Assembly: GCA_038046805.1 (NCBI GenBank) | Contig: JBBSVO010000001.1 | Span: 453 to 64,452, forward strand | Direction: 5' to 3' | Length of the DNA stretch: 64,000 nt | Source of the DNA: Candidatus Micrarchaeota archaeon | GTDB taxonomy: Archaea; Micrarchaeota; Micrarchaeia; Anstonellales; Bilamarchaeaceae | Shown: positions 20,024 to 29,481 of the stretch, piece after piece | How the letters are laid out: each line of letters opens with the position of its first letter | How positions within the stretch are numbered: the stretch's first letter is position 1 | Notes under the pieces: generated by a model | Told to the model about the DNA's origin: nothing | Databases searched by the model: none | The model's input: the letters and a program-made list of their open reading frames with translations, nothing else | Program-made: the position numbers and the translations under genes

Positions 20024-20612
20024 CTAATTAATCAATGCTGCAGTAATAGTGATGACTAAATTGAATAAATCAATGAAAGATAAAAGGGTTACCCCAATTA
20101 TATAAAGACAAAGAAGCAGGTAAGCTGCGACGCGAATAAAGGAGACGGATTTTGATTTGTAAATAGAATAAAAAAACTCGGAAAGGAGTATTGAAAAGAA
20201 GAAAAATATAAAGTAGGAACATTGGTATAAGAACAACTTCGGTTACGGTTCGGATTAAAGAGCCAATAACAAAAAACACTGTAAAAAGAAGAAGTGTTAA
20301 AGCAGCAAAGTTAGATGCAACGAGCTTGAATTCTTGGTCTATTGTATTAAATCTAGTTAGTTTTAGGATAATAAAAGAAACCAATACAAATGGAATAATA
20401 AACTGACCAAAGGAACCAAAAAGGCGAAAAAGAGAGTCTTGAGATACAACAGGATATGACACAAGAAGTTGACTCAATAAAATAAAAATTGCAAAGAAAA
20501 ATGGTTTTTTGAAAAAGCCTTTATACGCATTTTCTATAAGCAATGTGATCAAAGGAGCCAGATATGGTGCTAATATCCCACCACTATCTGGTCGCATATT
20601 TTTGCTAGCCAT
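20024..20612 (-). CDS. AT-rich membrane protein, possibly frameshifted
   Basis: Two overlapping hydrophobic ORFs (20070-20612 and 20024-20236) that join at T-runs near 20170-20206. Confidence 0.45.
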
Positions 20613-20615
20613 ATA

Positions 20616-21239
20616 TTATAGAACACACACAGATTTAATAAAATATTCGTGAAACGCGGTTGTTGAAAGTTCGGGATGAAATGTTGTCGCAAGATAGAAA
20701 TTCCGGCCCACTCGCTCGGAAACTGCAACTATTTCGCCATTAGCCCGCTTTGCAAGGACTTCACAAGTGACCCCTGCTTTTTTTATTTTGGGAGCGCGAA
20801 TGAAAATTGCGTCCAGAATTCGAGGCGTTGTTTTGTCTGCCCCGAGTCGCACGTGTATCTTTTCTTCAAACGACTCTGTCTGCGAACCGTACGCATTTCT
20901 GTCCACCTCGATATTCATAATGCCAAGTGAATCCTGACCCCCATCTTCCTGCCCGAAAACTTTTTTTGCAAGAAGAATTGCGCCGGCGCAGGTCCCAAAA
21001 ATATTTGGAATTGAACGGATCTCGTCCCAGCAATTTTCCCTAGTTATAAGACGTGAAAGAACTGTGCTTTCTCCACCAGGAATGATAAGCGCATCCAGCT
21101 CCACGAGTTCTTTTTTTCGTTTCACTGCAACAACTTCGCATTCACCACGCCCGATGGCTCGCACTGCATTTATCGTCGCAGAAATGTGTTCGGAAACACC
21201 ACCCTGAAATGAAAGCGCGCCAATTTTAATCTTTTTCAT
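20616..21239 (-). CDS. pdxT: pyridoxal 5'-phosphate synthase glutaminase subunit
   Basis: QGGVSEH, PGGESTV, GTCAG, RNAYGSQ, FIRAP, FHPEL. Confidence 0.95.
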   Translation of the reverse strand: MKKIKIGALSFQGGVSEHISATINAVRAIGRGECEVVAVKRKKELVELDALIIPGGESTVLSRLITRENCWDEIRSIPNIFGTCAGAILLAKKVFGQEDGGQDSLGIMNIEVDRNAYGSQTESFEEKIHVRLGADKTTPRILDAIFIRAPKIKKAGVTCEVLAKRANGEIVAVSERVGRNFYLATTFHPELSTTAFHEYFIKSVCVL

Positions 21240-21402
21240 AAAAAAATCTCCGAGGTTAAATACCTAAACGAGTGAAAAACCTCCGAAAAATGCGTTAAAA
21301 AATCAAATTCCTGAAAAAAATCACGACGAAGAATTTTTCTTCTTGATAACCTTTAAAAGCATTATTTTTATTAATGAATGCAAATAAGAGGAAAAGATCA
21401 AA

Positions 21403-21828
21403 ATGAATGGATTGATACATCTGCATTTAACGGTCAACGCGCGAATAAGCCCGAAATTTTCCGAGCTTCCGAAAGATGCGGCACAGCAATTTGTAAATGA
21501 ATTGCTCCGCACCGTTGGGATGAAGCCTTTGGGCCAGCTGCAATGGGCAGACGCCGTGGACCTGGATTTCCCGGGGCAAAGCATGGTTCAGATGATAACG
21601 ACTAGCCACTGCTCACTACATTTCTTCGCCCACACTGATGGAACAAATGAAATATACTTTGATTTGTATTCCTGCAAGCCATTTGACACAAACAAGGTTA
21701 TTGATGTCCTTGACAAAAAATTCGGGCTTGAGGAATGGCACGGAGTATTATATCATAGGGCGACTGGCAGCGCACCCAAGGTCAAAACACTTACCGGAGA
21801 GAAAAATTCTCTGGTAATGAGGGCGTAA
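21403..21828 (+). CDS. S-adenosylmethionine decarboxylase-like proenzyme (class 1B fold)
   Basis: GQSMVQMITTSHCSLH..YFDLYSCKPFD. Confidence 0.72.
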   Translation: MNGLIHLHLTVNARISPKFSELPKDAAQQFVNELLRTVGMKPLGQLQWADAVDLDFPGQSMVQMITTSHCSLHFFAHTDGTNEIYFDLYSCKPFDTNKVIDVLDKKFGLEEWHGVLYHRATGSAPKVKTLTGEKNSLVMRA

Positions 21829-21858
21829 AACATTTTTTCTTATTTTGATTTTTTCTTT

Positions 21859-22509
21859 TCATCTATCAAAATATGTGGTTGCACCAATGGTCACGTCACA
21901 CACCAACACACCATTGGTTTTTATACATGAACGCCTGTCCTTTGCATATAGTGACATCAACCGATCTTTCAGTTCATTAAAAACAGAAGAATTTTGAGAC
22001 ACCCGAACGTCCCATGAAAAGATTATCGCATCAGCATTGAGAGTATCCAATTGCTCGGAAATATTTTTATCACAGCTTAGCTCGACGTATAAAGAACCAT
22101 CGGAAATATCCGTGTTTACAGGACGACACATGATTGGATATTTATTGAGAAGAGTAAATGATGTGCTGGCCTTTTTTGAGAGATATATCTTTGGCCAGCT
22201 GTCAAACGTTGATAAAAAAACGTGCCCTCCCTGTGCTTCAAGCGAAAGAACTATGCGATCATCGGAATGAACATCGAAAAATTTGCACCGGACGATATCC
22301 TGTGGCCAACAGGTCGTAAGCGACGATTGCGTGAAATAAACACTGGTGAGTAAAATATACGATAGCACTATAATTGAAAGGATTGGAACGATTAAAGATC
22401 TGATAGTGAAGCCGGCATTTGACATGAGAAAAAATAACAATATAGGTTTAATTATATTCGCTACAAAGAAAAAATATGGAAAAGAAAGAGGAATGTGGGG
22501 TAGCAGCAA
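21859..22509 (-). CDS. hypothetical membrane-anchored protein
   Basis: N-terminal TM then Cys-containing domain; true start probably near MSNAGFT (~22425). Confidence 0.5.
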   Translation of the reverse strand: MLLPHIPLSFPYFFFVANIIKPILLFFLMSNAGFTIRSLIVPILSIIVLSYILLTSVYFTQSSLTTCWPQDIVRCKFFDVHSDDRIVLSLEAQGGHVFLSTFDSWPKIYLSKKASTSFTLLNKYPIMCRPVNTDISDGSLYVELSCDKNISEQLDTLNADAIIFSWDVRVSQNSSVFNELKDRLMSLYAKDRRSCIKTNGVLVCDVTIGATTYFDR

Positions 22510-23885
22510 TATTCTCGAAAAAAGGGAAACAGATCACCCACCATATTTACCATATGTTAATTGCGCTTCAGCACCGCGGACAGGATGCGGCCGGGATTGC
22601 AATCTGGAATGGAAAAAATCTTGTTATTAAAAAGGGCCTTGGCCTTGTGACAGAAGTTTTCACGGAAAACGACCTGAATTCATGGGCATTGGCAAACGGA
22701 ACCATGGGTATAGGCCACACAAGATATCCGACAACAGGCAGGTGTCTTCCAGTAGACGTGCAACCGATAATCCACCAGAATATAGCAGTAGCGCACAATG
22801 GCCATATAGCAAACTATCACGAAGTCAGAAAAGAACTGGAAAGAAGCGGTTATGAATTCAAAAGTACAGTTGATTCCGAACCGATCGCATTCCTGCTGCA
22901 TGAAAAAGAAGGGGAGGGAGAACGCAAGGCAGTCAAAAATGCAATGGATGTGTTAGATGGATCGTATTCTGTTGTTTCTATATTCAAAGGTAAGCTCTTA
23001 GTTTTCCGGGATCCGCATGCATTAAGGCCACTAGTATGGGGAGAAAACGAGGATTTCGTATGTTTTGCATCTGAAAGCGCAGCGTTGGACATAATTGGGG
23101 TGCCACACTGCGGAACAGTTGACGGTGGAACCATGCGAGTCGTAGATGTTGATGGGACCAAGGAAGCCACAATAAAAAAGAGTGAAACAAAGAATTGTAT
23201 GTTTGAATATGTCTATTTTGCAAGGCCAGACTCGATAATAAATGAAAAATACGTGTATGAGATAAGAAAAAGGCTTGGGCAGATTTTGGCAAAGGAACAT
23301 CCGGTCAAGGCGGATGTGGTTGTTCCGGTTCCGGATACTTCAAGAACAGCTGCCGAAGAGTTTTCAAAAGAAACAGGAATCCCGATTGAAGAGGGACTCA
23401 TAAAAAACAGATATATTGGAAGAACATTCATAATGCCCACACAGGATAAACGGGCGTATGCTGTAAGAGTAAAATTAAACACAATAAAAAAGATACTTGA
23501 AAACAAAAGAGTCGTGCTCGTGGATGATAGCATCGTGCGCGGGACAACACTACGCGAGATTGTACGGATGGTTCGGGAAGCAGGTGCAAAGGAAGTGCAT
23601 CTGCGGATAACCTGCCCTCCTCTAAAGGCACCGTGCTTTTACGGGGTGGATATGTCAACGTACGAAGAGTTGATAGCAGGACACAAGACGGTTGATGAAG
23701 TGAAAACGTTTATGGGTGCAGATAGTTTGGGTTATGTTTCAATCGACGGATTAACGAAAGCAATAGGGCTTCCGATATGCACGGGCTGCCTTAATGAGGA
23801 TTATCCTACAGAAACTGCAAAAAGACTGGCAAAGGAGAGAAAAGGAAGTAAAACTAAAAGTGGTGAAAGAGATGGCTGTGGTTGA
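22476..23885 (+). CDS. purF: amidophosphoribosyltransferase
   Basis: EECGVA, QHRGQDAAG, VLVDDSIVRGTT, PCFYGVDM. Confidence 0.96.
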   Translation: MEKKEECGVAAIFSKKGKQITHHIYHMLIALQHRGQDAAGIAIWNGKNLVIKKGLGLVTEVFTENDLNSWALANGTMGIGHTRYPTTGRCLPVDVQPIIHQNIAVAHNGHIANYHEVRKELERSGYEFKSTVDSEPIAFLLHEKEGEGERKAVKNAMDVLDGSYSVVSIFKGKLLVFRDPHALRPLVWGENEDFVCFASESAALDIIGVPHCGTVDGGTMRVVDVDGTKEATIKKSETKNCMFEYVYFARPDSIINEKYVYEIRKRLGQILAKEHPVKADVVVPVPDTSRTAAEEFSKETGIPIEEGLIKNRYIGRTFIMPTQDKRAYAVRVKLNTIKKILENKRVVLVDDSIVRGTTLREIVRMVREAGAKEVHLRITCPPLKAPCFYGVDMSTYEELIAGHKTVDEVKTFMGADSLGYVSIDGLTKAIGLPICTGCLNEDYPTETAKRLAKERKGSKTKSGERDGCG

Positions 23886-25512
23886 ATTTGATATTAATGA
23901 TCTGAAAAAAATGTGCATGGGAATTAGTGAAGAAAAGCTTGTTGAGACCCTTACAAATATCGGAGCACCATGCGAAATCGCAGACGGGGATGGAACAGAC
24001 AGCGGCAGAGCTGGCGAAAAAAAGAAATTGGTTGTTGAAATAACACCGAACAGGCCGGACTTTTTCTTTATAGAGGGTTTGGCAAGAGCAGTCAATACAT
24101 TCCAAAAGAGAAAACCGAGAGAGTATGTGGCAAAAAAAAGCGAATACGTCGTAATTGTTGATGCGTCAGTAAATAAAATCAGACCATGCTCATTATGCGC
24201 AGTTGTGAAGGACCTGAGCCTGGATGCGAGAAGAATTGACTATCTTATTCAAGCGCAGGAAAAACTCATGACGACAATAGGTAGAAAGACAAGAAAGTTC
24301 GGAATGGGATTCTTTGATTTGAAAAAAATCACGTTCCCGATAAAATATACCACACGAAAGCCAGAGGAAATAGTATACAGGCCGCTTAATTACCCAAAAA
24401 CCGCAAATGCAAGGGAGATTCTGGCCAAACACCCGAAAGGGATTGAAAACGGATATATAATAGAAAAATTTGACAGATACCCGCTTTATGAGGACGCGAA
24501 TGGAAGGATTCTTGTATTTATTCCGATTGTAAACTCTGATGAATGTGGGAAGATAGACGAGCAAACCACCGATGTTTTCATAGAAGTAACGGGCACTGAT
24601 ATGCGTGTAATGGAACAAGTACTGAATATCGTAATCTGCAGCTTAATCGACATGGGAGGCACAGCACATTCAGTTGAAATGAGATATCCAGATAGGAAAT
24701 TCCAGTCACTGGGGGGGCTGGTGAAATGGGAGATGGAACTCGATATTGAATCTGCTAACAGAACGCTTGGTTTGGAGTTGGATAAAAAAGAGATTGGAAG
24801 GCTTCTGGCAAAAATGGGCTATAAAACTACAGGTAAAAAAGTGATGGTACCCCCGTATAGAATGGATATTATGCACTTCGTAGATATTGTTGAGGATATC
24901 GCAATTGCATACGGATATGAAAAATTCGAGCCTGTACTTCCGGACTTTTTTACAAGTGGAAAAACCATTGGAAAAACTGAAAAAAAGATTGATGACGCAT
25001 TAAAGGGAATGGGCTTCATGGAAATAGTATCCCCGATTCTCACAAGCCCGGATTCAATAAAAAGCATTGGAATGAAGCAAAGTGAAAGTGCTGAAGTAAA
25101 AAATTCAAAAAGTGAGGAGTTCAGCATAATCCGGCCTTCGCTTGCATTGAGCATTATTGAATGTTTTGCGCGAAACAAAACAAAAGGATTGCCACAAAAG
25201 TTTTATGAGATAGGAGATATATTCGATGATGGGGAACTGGAACGCACCATGATATTTGCAGTGGCAGATAAAAATACGAGTTTTGCAGACATACGTGGAT
25301 ATGCACAAACGCTTTTCGATGAGGTCGGACTGGGATTGAAAATAGAAAACAGAACTTCAGAACAAAGCAGCGGATTAATGGATGAAGAAAAAAGCGGGGT
25401 AATAGTAATTGGGGAAGAAGTACGCGGAAGGATTGGATTGGTAAATGAAGAAATCCTGAAGCGATTTAATTTACAGAGTAAAGTCGCAATATGCGAGATC
25501 ATGTTGGATTAG
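23872..25512 (+). CDS. pheT: phenylalanyl-tRNA synthetase beta subunit (archaeal type)
   Basis: VEITPNRPD, EGLARA, VPPYRMDIMH..DIVEDIAIAYGY. Confidence 0.93.
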   Translation: MAVVEFDINDLKKMCMGISEEKLVETLTNIGAPCEIADGDGTDSGRAGEKKKLVVEITPNRPDFFFIEGLARAVNTFQKRKPREYVAKKSEYVVIVDASVNKIRPCSLCAVVKDLSLDARRIDYLIQAQEKLMTTIGRKTRKFGMGFFDLKKITFPIKYTTRKPEEIVYRPLNYPKTANAREILAKHPKGIENGYIIEKFDRYPLYEDANGRILVFIPIVNSDECGKIDEQTTDVFIEVTGTDMRVMEQVLNIVICSLIDMGGTAHSVEMRYPDRKFQSLGGLVKWEMELDIESANRTLGLELDKKEIGRLLAKMGYKTTGKKVMVPPYRMDIMHFVDIVEDIAIAYGYEKFEPVLPDFFTSGKTIGKTEKKIDDALKGMGFMEIVSPILTSPDSIKSIGMKQSESAEVKNSKSEEFSIIRPSLALSIIECFARNKTKGLPQKFYEIGDIFDDGELERTMIFAVADKNTSFADIRGYAQTLFDEVGLGLKIENRTSEQSSGLMDEEKSGVIVIGEEVRGRIGLVNEEILKRFNLQSKVAICEIMLD

Positions 25513-25526
25513 GGGGCAACGGACAA

Positions 25527-26657
25527 ATGCTCAAAAATATTACGAATAATGGATTCACAAGACTTGTTTTGATTTTCGTATTCTGGATGGCGATAGCAAA
25601 GCTCATGGCAGAGATGTTTGATTACAAGTACCTTGTGGATGGCGGATTTGACATCGGACTTTTGATGCTGCTTACGATTGTAGAATTCGCAGCACCTGCA
25701 CTGCTTGCAGCAATAATAAAACAAAATGAATCCAAAAAATTCGTGATTATTGGAGCAGCAATCAGAATAATCGCATTCCTCGCACTCATTTATTGGAAGG
25801 GACTGCCGGGGGCAATGATTTACTTCATTCTCACGAGCCTCACGAATGTTTTGTTTTGGGTTCCATTCAATATTGCATATTTCAGGAAACAACACGAAAG
25901 AAGCGCGTTTGTAAGTGCAGTATATTATAATGTCGGGCCAATGCTTGGAATTGTTCTTCCGGTATTGGGAGGGGCATTGATAGAAGGAGTTAGTTTTGAA
26001 AGTTTATTTCTTCTTATGGTGGCTGGGTATATCCTCTGGCTTATAAGTGTGATAAAATTCTGGCCAGATGAAAGACAAGACATAGACATACGTGCGGAAC
26101 TAAAAAAATTAAAAGGAATGAAAACGCTTCTTTTTGCAGAAAGCGGATATGCATCAGCAGCAATGCTCGGAATCCCGTTAGTGACAATTCTTTACTTTCA
26201 GAAACCAAGCGAACTCGGGCTCGTTGCGTCCGCAATGTCAATAGTAGCGGTTGCATTTTCGTTCATGTTCGCGAAAATCTCGGATAAAACCAAAGAACGG
26301 ATGAAATATCTTGTCCCATTCGCAATATTCTTAGGTTTGGCAATGATTGCAAGCGTGCTGGCATACGATGCAGTCACCTGGTTTGTTATACTCGTGATTA
26401 TGACTATAGGAAGGGTATTGTTCTTCCCGTTCACAACGACAATCCTGATGGATAACCAACAAAAGCCCGAAGAGGTAATGTACGGACGAGAACTCGTTCT
26501 AAATGTCGGAAGGGTGTTTTGGATGGCAGTAATATATATTATATATGCGACAACCAACAGTCTTCAGATAGGAATCGCAGTGTGTGGATTGGGAATGATC
26601 ATATATCCATTTGCGGCACGATTAAAGGAGAAAGAAGGACATATTGAATTGTCTTAA
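25527..26657 (+). CDS. MFS transporter
   Basis: ~12 TM helices, FAKISDKTKER loop motif. Confidence 0.8.
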   Translation: MLKNITNNGFTRLVLIFVFWMAIAKLMAEMFDYKYLVDGGFDIGLLMLLTIVEFAAPALLAAIIKQNESKKFVIIGAAIRIIAFLALIYWKGLPGAMIYFILTSLTNVLFWVPFNIAYFRKQHERSAFVSAVYYNVGPMLGIVLPVLGGALIEGVSFESLFLLMVAGYILWLISVIKFWPDERQDIDIRAELKKLKGMKTLLFAESGYASAAMLGIPLVTILYFQKPSELGLVASAMSIVAVAFSFMFAKISDKTKERMKYLVPFAIFLGLAMIASVLAYDAVTWFVILVIMTIGRVLFFPFTTTILMDNQQKPEEVMYGRELVLNVGRVFWMAVIYIIYATTNSLQIGIAVCGLGMIIYPFAARLKEKEGHIELS

Positions 26658-26731
26658 GACGCGCCCACAGCTCAAGGCCCACGGCCCGGGGCAGGCCAAG
26701 GATTTTAATCCACACCTTATTATACTGCACC

Positions 26732-27358
26732 ATGTCAGACATGCTCGCAGATTTCGAACTTCTTAAAAAATATGGGATTCCGCTTTTGCCATACCATATC
26801 GCGAAAAGCGAGAGCGAAGCATTAGAGTCCGCGAAAAAAATTGGCTACCCGATTGTGCTGAAAATCGTTTCTCCAGAGATAGAGCATAAAACGGATGTTG
26901 GGGGGGTAAAGATCGGGATAAAAACCGAAGCGATGTTGCGAATTGCATATAAAGAACTTGTTGAGAATGCAAACGGGCGACGGCTCACCGGCATCCTTGT
27001 TCAAAAAATGGCAAGGAAGGGAGTGGAGCTTATTATAGGCGGAAAAAAAGATGAACAGTTTGGACATATGGTGGTGTTGGGTTTAGGAGGGGTGTTTGTC
27101 GAGGTTTTCAGAGACATAACTGCAAGAGTTTGCCCAATAAAGGAAGCAGATGTGCGCGAGATGATAACAGAACTAAAAGCACACCCGATAATTACCGGCA
27201 CGCGTGGCAGAAAACCAATTCATATCAAATCATTGTGCGATATTGCGATAAAGACGTGTAAGATGATGCACGAGAATAATATTTCTGAGATAGACATAAA
27301 CCCGGCGGTATTTGATGAAAACGGGTGTGATATAATCGATGTAAGGATAATTAGATAA
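26732..27358 (+). CDS. acdB: ADP-forming acetyl-CoA synthetase beta subunit (ATP-grasp)
   Basis: IGYPIVLKIVSP..HKTDVGGV, GLGGVFVE, DINP. Confidence 0.9.
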   Translation: MSDMLADFELLKKYGIPLLPYHIAKSESEALESAKKIGYPIVLKIVSPEIEHKTDVGGVKIGIKTEAMLRIAYKELVENANGRRLTGILVQKMARKGVELIIGGKKDEQFGHMVVLGLGGVFVEVFRDITARVCPIKEADVREMITELKAHPIITGTRGRKPIHIKSLCDIAIKTCKMMHENNISEIDINPAVFDENGCDIIDVRIIR

Positions 27359-27377
27359 ACGAACTTAGATGTGGTGG

Positions 27378-28787
27378 ATGAAAAATATGCGCGACCTTGT
27401 AAAAAACCTGAAATATGTTTTCGAACCGTCATCCGTTGCGATTATAGGGGCAAGCAACACGCCAAACAAACTGGGAAATGTATTGATGAAGAATTTTACT
27501 GAAGGCGGGTTTGAAGGAAAGGTTATCCCAGTAAATCCAAAATACGAAACAGTCTCTGGAAAAAAATGTTACCAGACAATTACGAGCGTATCTGGAAGGA
27601 TAGATTGCGCAATAATCGCAACACCAGCCGAAACAGTTCCGCAGGTTCTTGAAGAATGTGGAAAAAAAGGGATACGAGGCGCCATTGTTTTAAGCAGTGG
27701 ATTTGGCGAAAGCGGTAAAACAGATTTGGAGAATAAACTGCGCGAAGCTGCGGAACGGAACGATATCGCGTGTATTGGACCGAACTGCCTTGGCGTGCTT
27801 AACCCATACAACCACGTAGATAGCATATTCCTTCCGATGTACAAGATGGAAAGACCAAAACCAGGTTCGATTTCTTTCATAACGCAAAGTGGGGGAGTCG
27901 GCACGTGTATTGTTGATGTTGCAGCACATTATAGCGTCGGATTCTCGAAATTTGTATCGTATGGAAATGGCGCAGTGATTAATGAGATAGATTTGTTGGA
28001 ATATTTTATAGAAGATAAAAAAACAGAGGAGATCGTGCTTTATTTAGAGGGAACTAAAGATGGCAGAAGGCTTTTGGAAGTTATGAAATGGGCGAACAAA
28101 GAGAAACCGATAATTGCACTAAAGGCCGGGAAATACGGCGGGGCGTTGAAAGCTGCGAAATCCCACACTGGAAATCTTGCTGGGAATTACACTGCGTATA
28201 AAGCAGCATTCCGACAGGCAAAGATAACCGAAGCTGAAAGCCTTGATGAATTATTTAATTTTGTGAAGATATTTCGTCAACCACTCCCAAAAGGACGAAG
28301 AATAATGGTAATAACAAATGGAGGGGGGTTGGGAGTTCTTGCCGCAGATGCGATGGAAGAGAATGGATTGATGCTTGCAGAACCAACTGAGGAAACGTTG
28401 AAAAAATGCAGCGCAGCAGTTCCTTCATATGCGACGGTATCGAATCCGCTGGATATGACTGCAGATGCGACAGTTGAGGGGTATGCGACAGTAATCGATG
28501 CTGTGATGGATGATGAAAATATCGATGGTATTATACTTATGGCATTGCTGCAGACGCCAAATCTAGATGAGAGGATGTTAGACGTGCTTATCAAGGCATC
28601 AGATGATAGAAGAAAACCAATTGTTGCAGTAGCAGTTGGCGGGACATATACCGATGCTAAACGAAAAATCCTTGATGGTCGTGGTGTACCGACGTATGGC
28701 GCGCCATTCGCAGCAGTACGCGCAATGAAAAAATTCTGTGAATATTCTTTGACGAGTAATTGTAAGAAGTGTGTTGTGAAAAGATAG
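27378..28787 (+). CDS. acdA: ADP-forming acetyl-CoA synthetase alpha subunit
   Basis: SVAIIGAS, GPNCLG, TQSGG, SHTGNLAG, NGGGLGV, NPLDM. Confidence 0.92.
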   Translation: MKNMRDLVKNLKYVFEPSSVAIIGASNTPNKLGNVLMKNFTEGGFEGKVIPVNPKYETVSGKKCYQTITSVSGRIDCAIIATPAETVPQVLEECGKKGIRGAIVLSSGFGESGKTDLENKLREAAERNDIACIGPNCLGVLNPYNHVDSIFLPMYKMERPKPGSISFITQSGGVGTCIVDVAAHYSVGFSKFVSYGNGAVINEIDLLEYFIEDKKTEEIVLYLEGTKDGRRLLEVMKWANKEKPIIALKAGKYGGALKAAKSHTGNLAGNYTAYKAAFRQAKITEAESLDELFNFVKIFRQPLPKGRRIMVITNGGGLGVLAADAMEENGLMLAEPTEETLKKCSAAVPSYATVSNPLDMTADATVEGYATVIDAVMDDENIDGIILMALLQTPNLDERMLDVLIKASDDRRKPIVAVAVGGTYTDAKRKILDGRGVPTYGAPFAAVRAMKKFCEYSLTSNCKKCVVKR

Positions 28788-28891
28788 CACTGAAACCCGA
28801 GGAGACCCGAAACCACTAAACTAGTGGGGGGTCATAATTCCACTAATTATGTTTAAAATAAAAAACAAAAAAAGGAAAAGAAAAATATATA

Positions 28892-28911
28892 AATGTAACC
28901 ATGGTTACATT
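28892..28911. promoter_or_regulatory. perfect 20-bp palindrome just downstream of a TATA-like box (operator-like)
   Basis: AATGTAACCATGGTTACATT following aaaaatatataaa. Confidence 0.7.
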
Positions 28912-28915
28912 AAAA

Positions 28916-29293
28916 ATGAAAAGAAATGAAAAACTATTAAATAAAAAAATACCAAACAAAAAATCAGGAACAACAAAAAATCCAAGATCTAAACAAAAAA
29001 ATACAACAAAAAGAAAAAGGAGAACAACAAGGGAAACCAAAAAAACACAACACACAACCCAAATTCTTTACCTTTACGACGTAAAATGCAAAGTTAAGGA
29101 CTATAATCGCCTGAAACGTGTTTTCTATTATCGCTTCAACAAGCTCGGGCTCGGCAAGCTTGCATGGAAATCAAAATCTGCACTTCTTGTTCCTTTGTAT
29201 ATGGAAAATCTAGCTGATAATTTCTTTCATGGTTTCAAAGGCTGTGTTGAAGTGTATAAAGTGGAACTCATTTCCATTACCCGACTCCACTAA
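28916..29293 (+). CDS. small basic protein, Lys-rich N-terminus and ferredoxin-like (Cas2/PaaX-like) C-terminal domain
   Basis: LYLYDVK..RLKRVFYY..LGL..SALLVP..FF..VEVYKVE; probable leaderless start at 28916 (alternative 28901). Confidence 0.6.
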   Translation: MKRNEKLLNKKIPNKKSGTTKNPRSKQKNTTKRKRRTTRETKKTQHTTQILYLYDVKCKVKDYNRLKRVFYYRFNKLGLGKLAWKSKSALLVPLYMENLADNFFHGFKGCVEVYKVELISITRLH

Positions 29294-29333
29294 GTAAATT
29301 TAATCCCATTTTTGTCACTAAGTAAATTTAATC
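29288..29333. repeat. 18-bp perfect direct repeat, 2 copies, 28-bp period
   Basis: cactaagtaaatttaatc at 29288-29305 and 29316-29333. Confidence 0.85.
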
Positions 29334-29481
29334 TTAATTTCTCAACCCTTCTGGTATTTTAATCCTGAAAGAATACTCGAACAATGACCCCTCCCCACTA
29401 TCATACAACACTCTATTTCTTTACCACATTTCTTCCCAGGATTAAAGGAACCTTTATAAATCTATTTTTAATAAGCCTAAC

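Larger units (their letters stand above)
28822..29400. repeat. imperfect inverted G-string repeats bracketing a small gene
   Basis: tagtggggggtcat (28822-28835) vs atgacccctccccacta (29384-29400; reverse complement tagtggggaggggtcat). Confidence 0.7.

Noticed and set aside
26658-26712. GC-rich intergenic stretch as a tRNA or ncRNA
   Set aside because: No cloverleaf, no T-loop GTTCRA, and no convincing stem
29288-29333. 18-bp direct repeat next to a Cas2-like gene as a CRISPR array
   Set aside because: Only two copies, 10-bp spacer, repeat too short, and no cas1 or other cas genes
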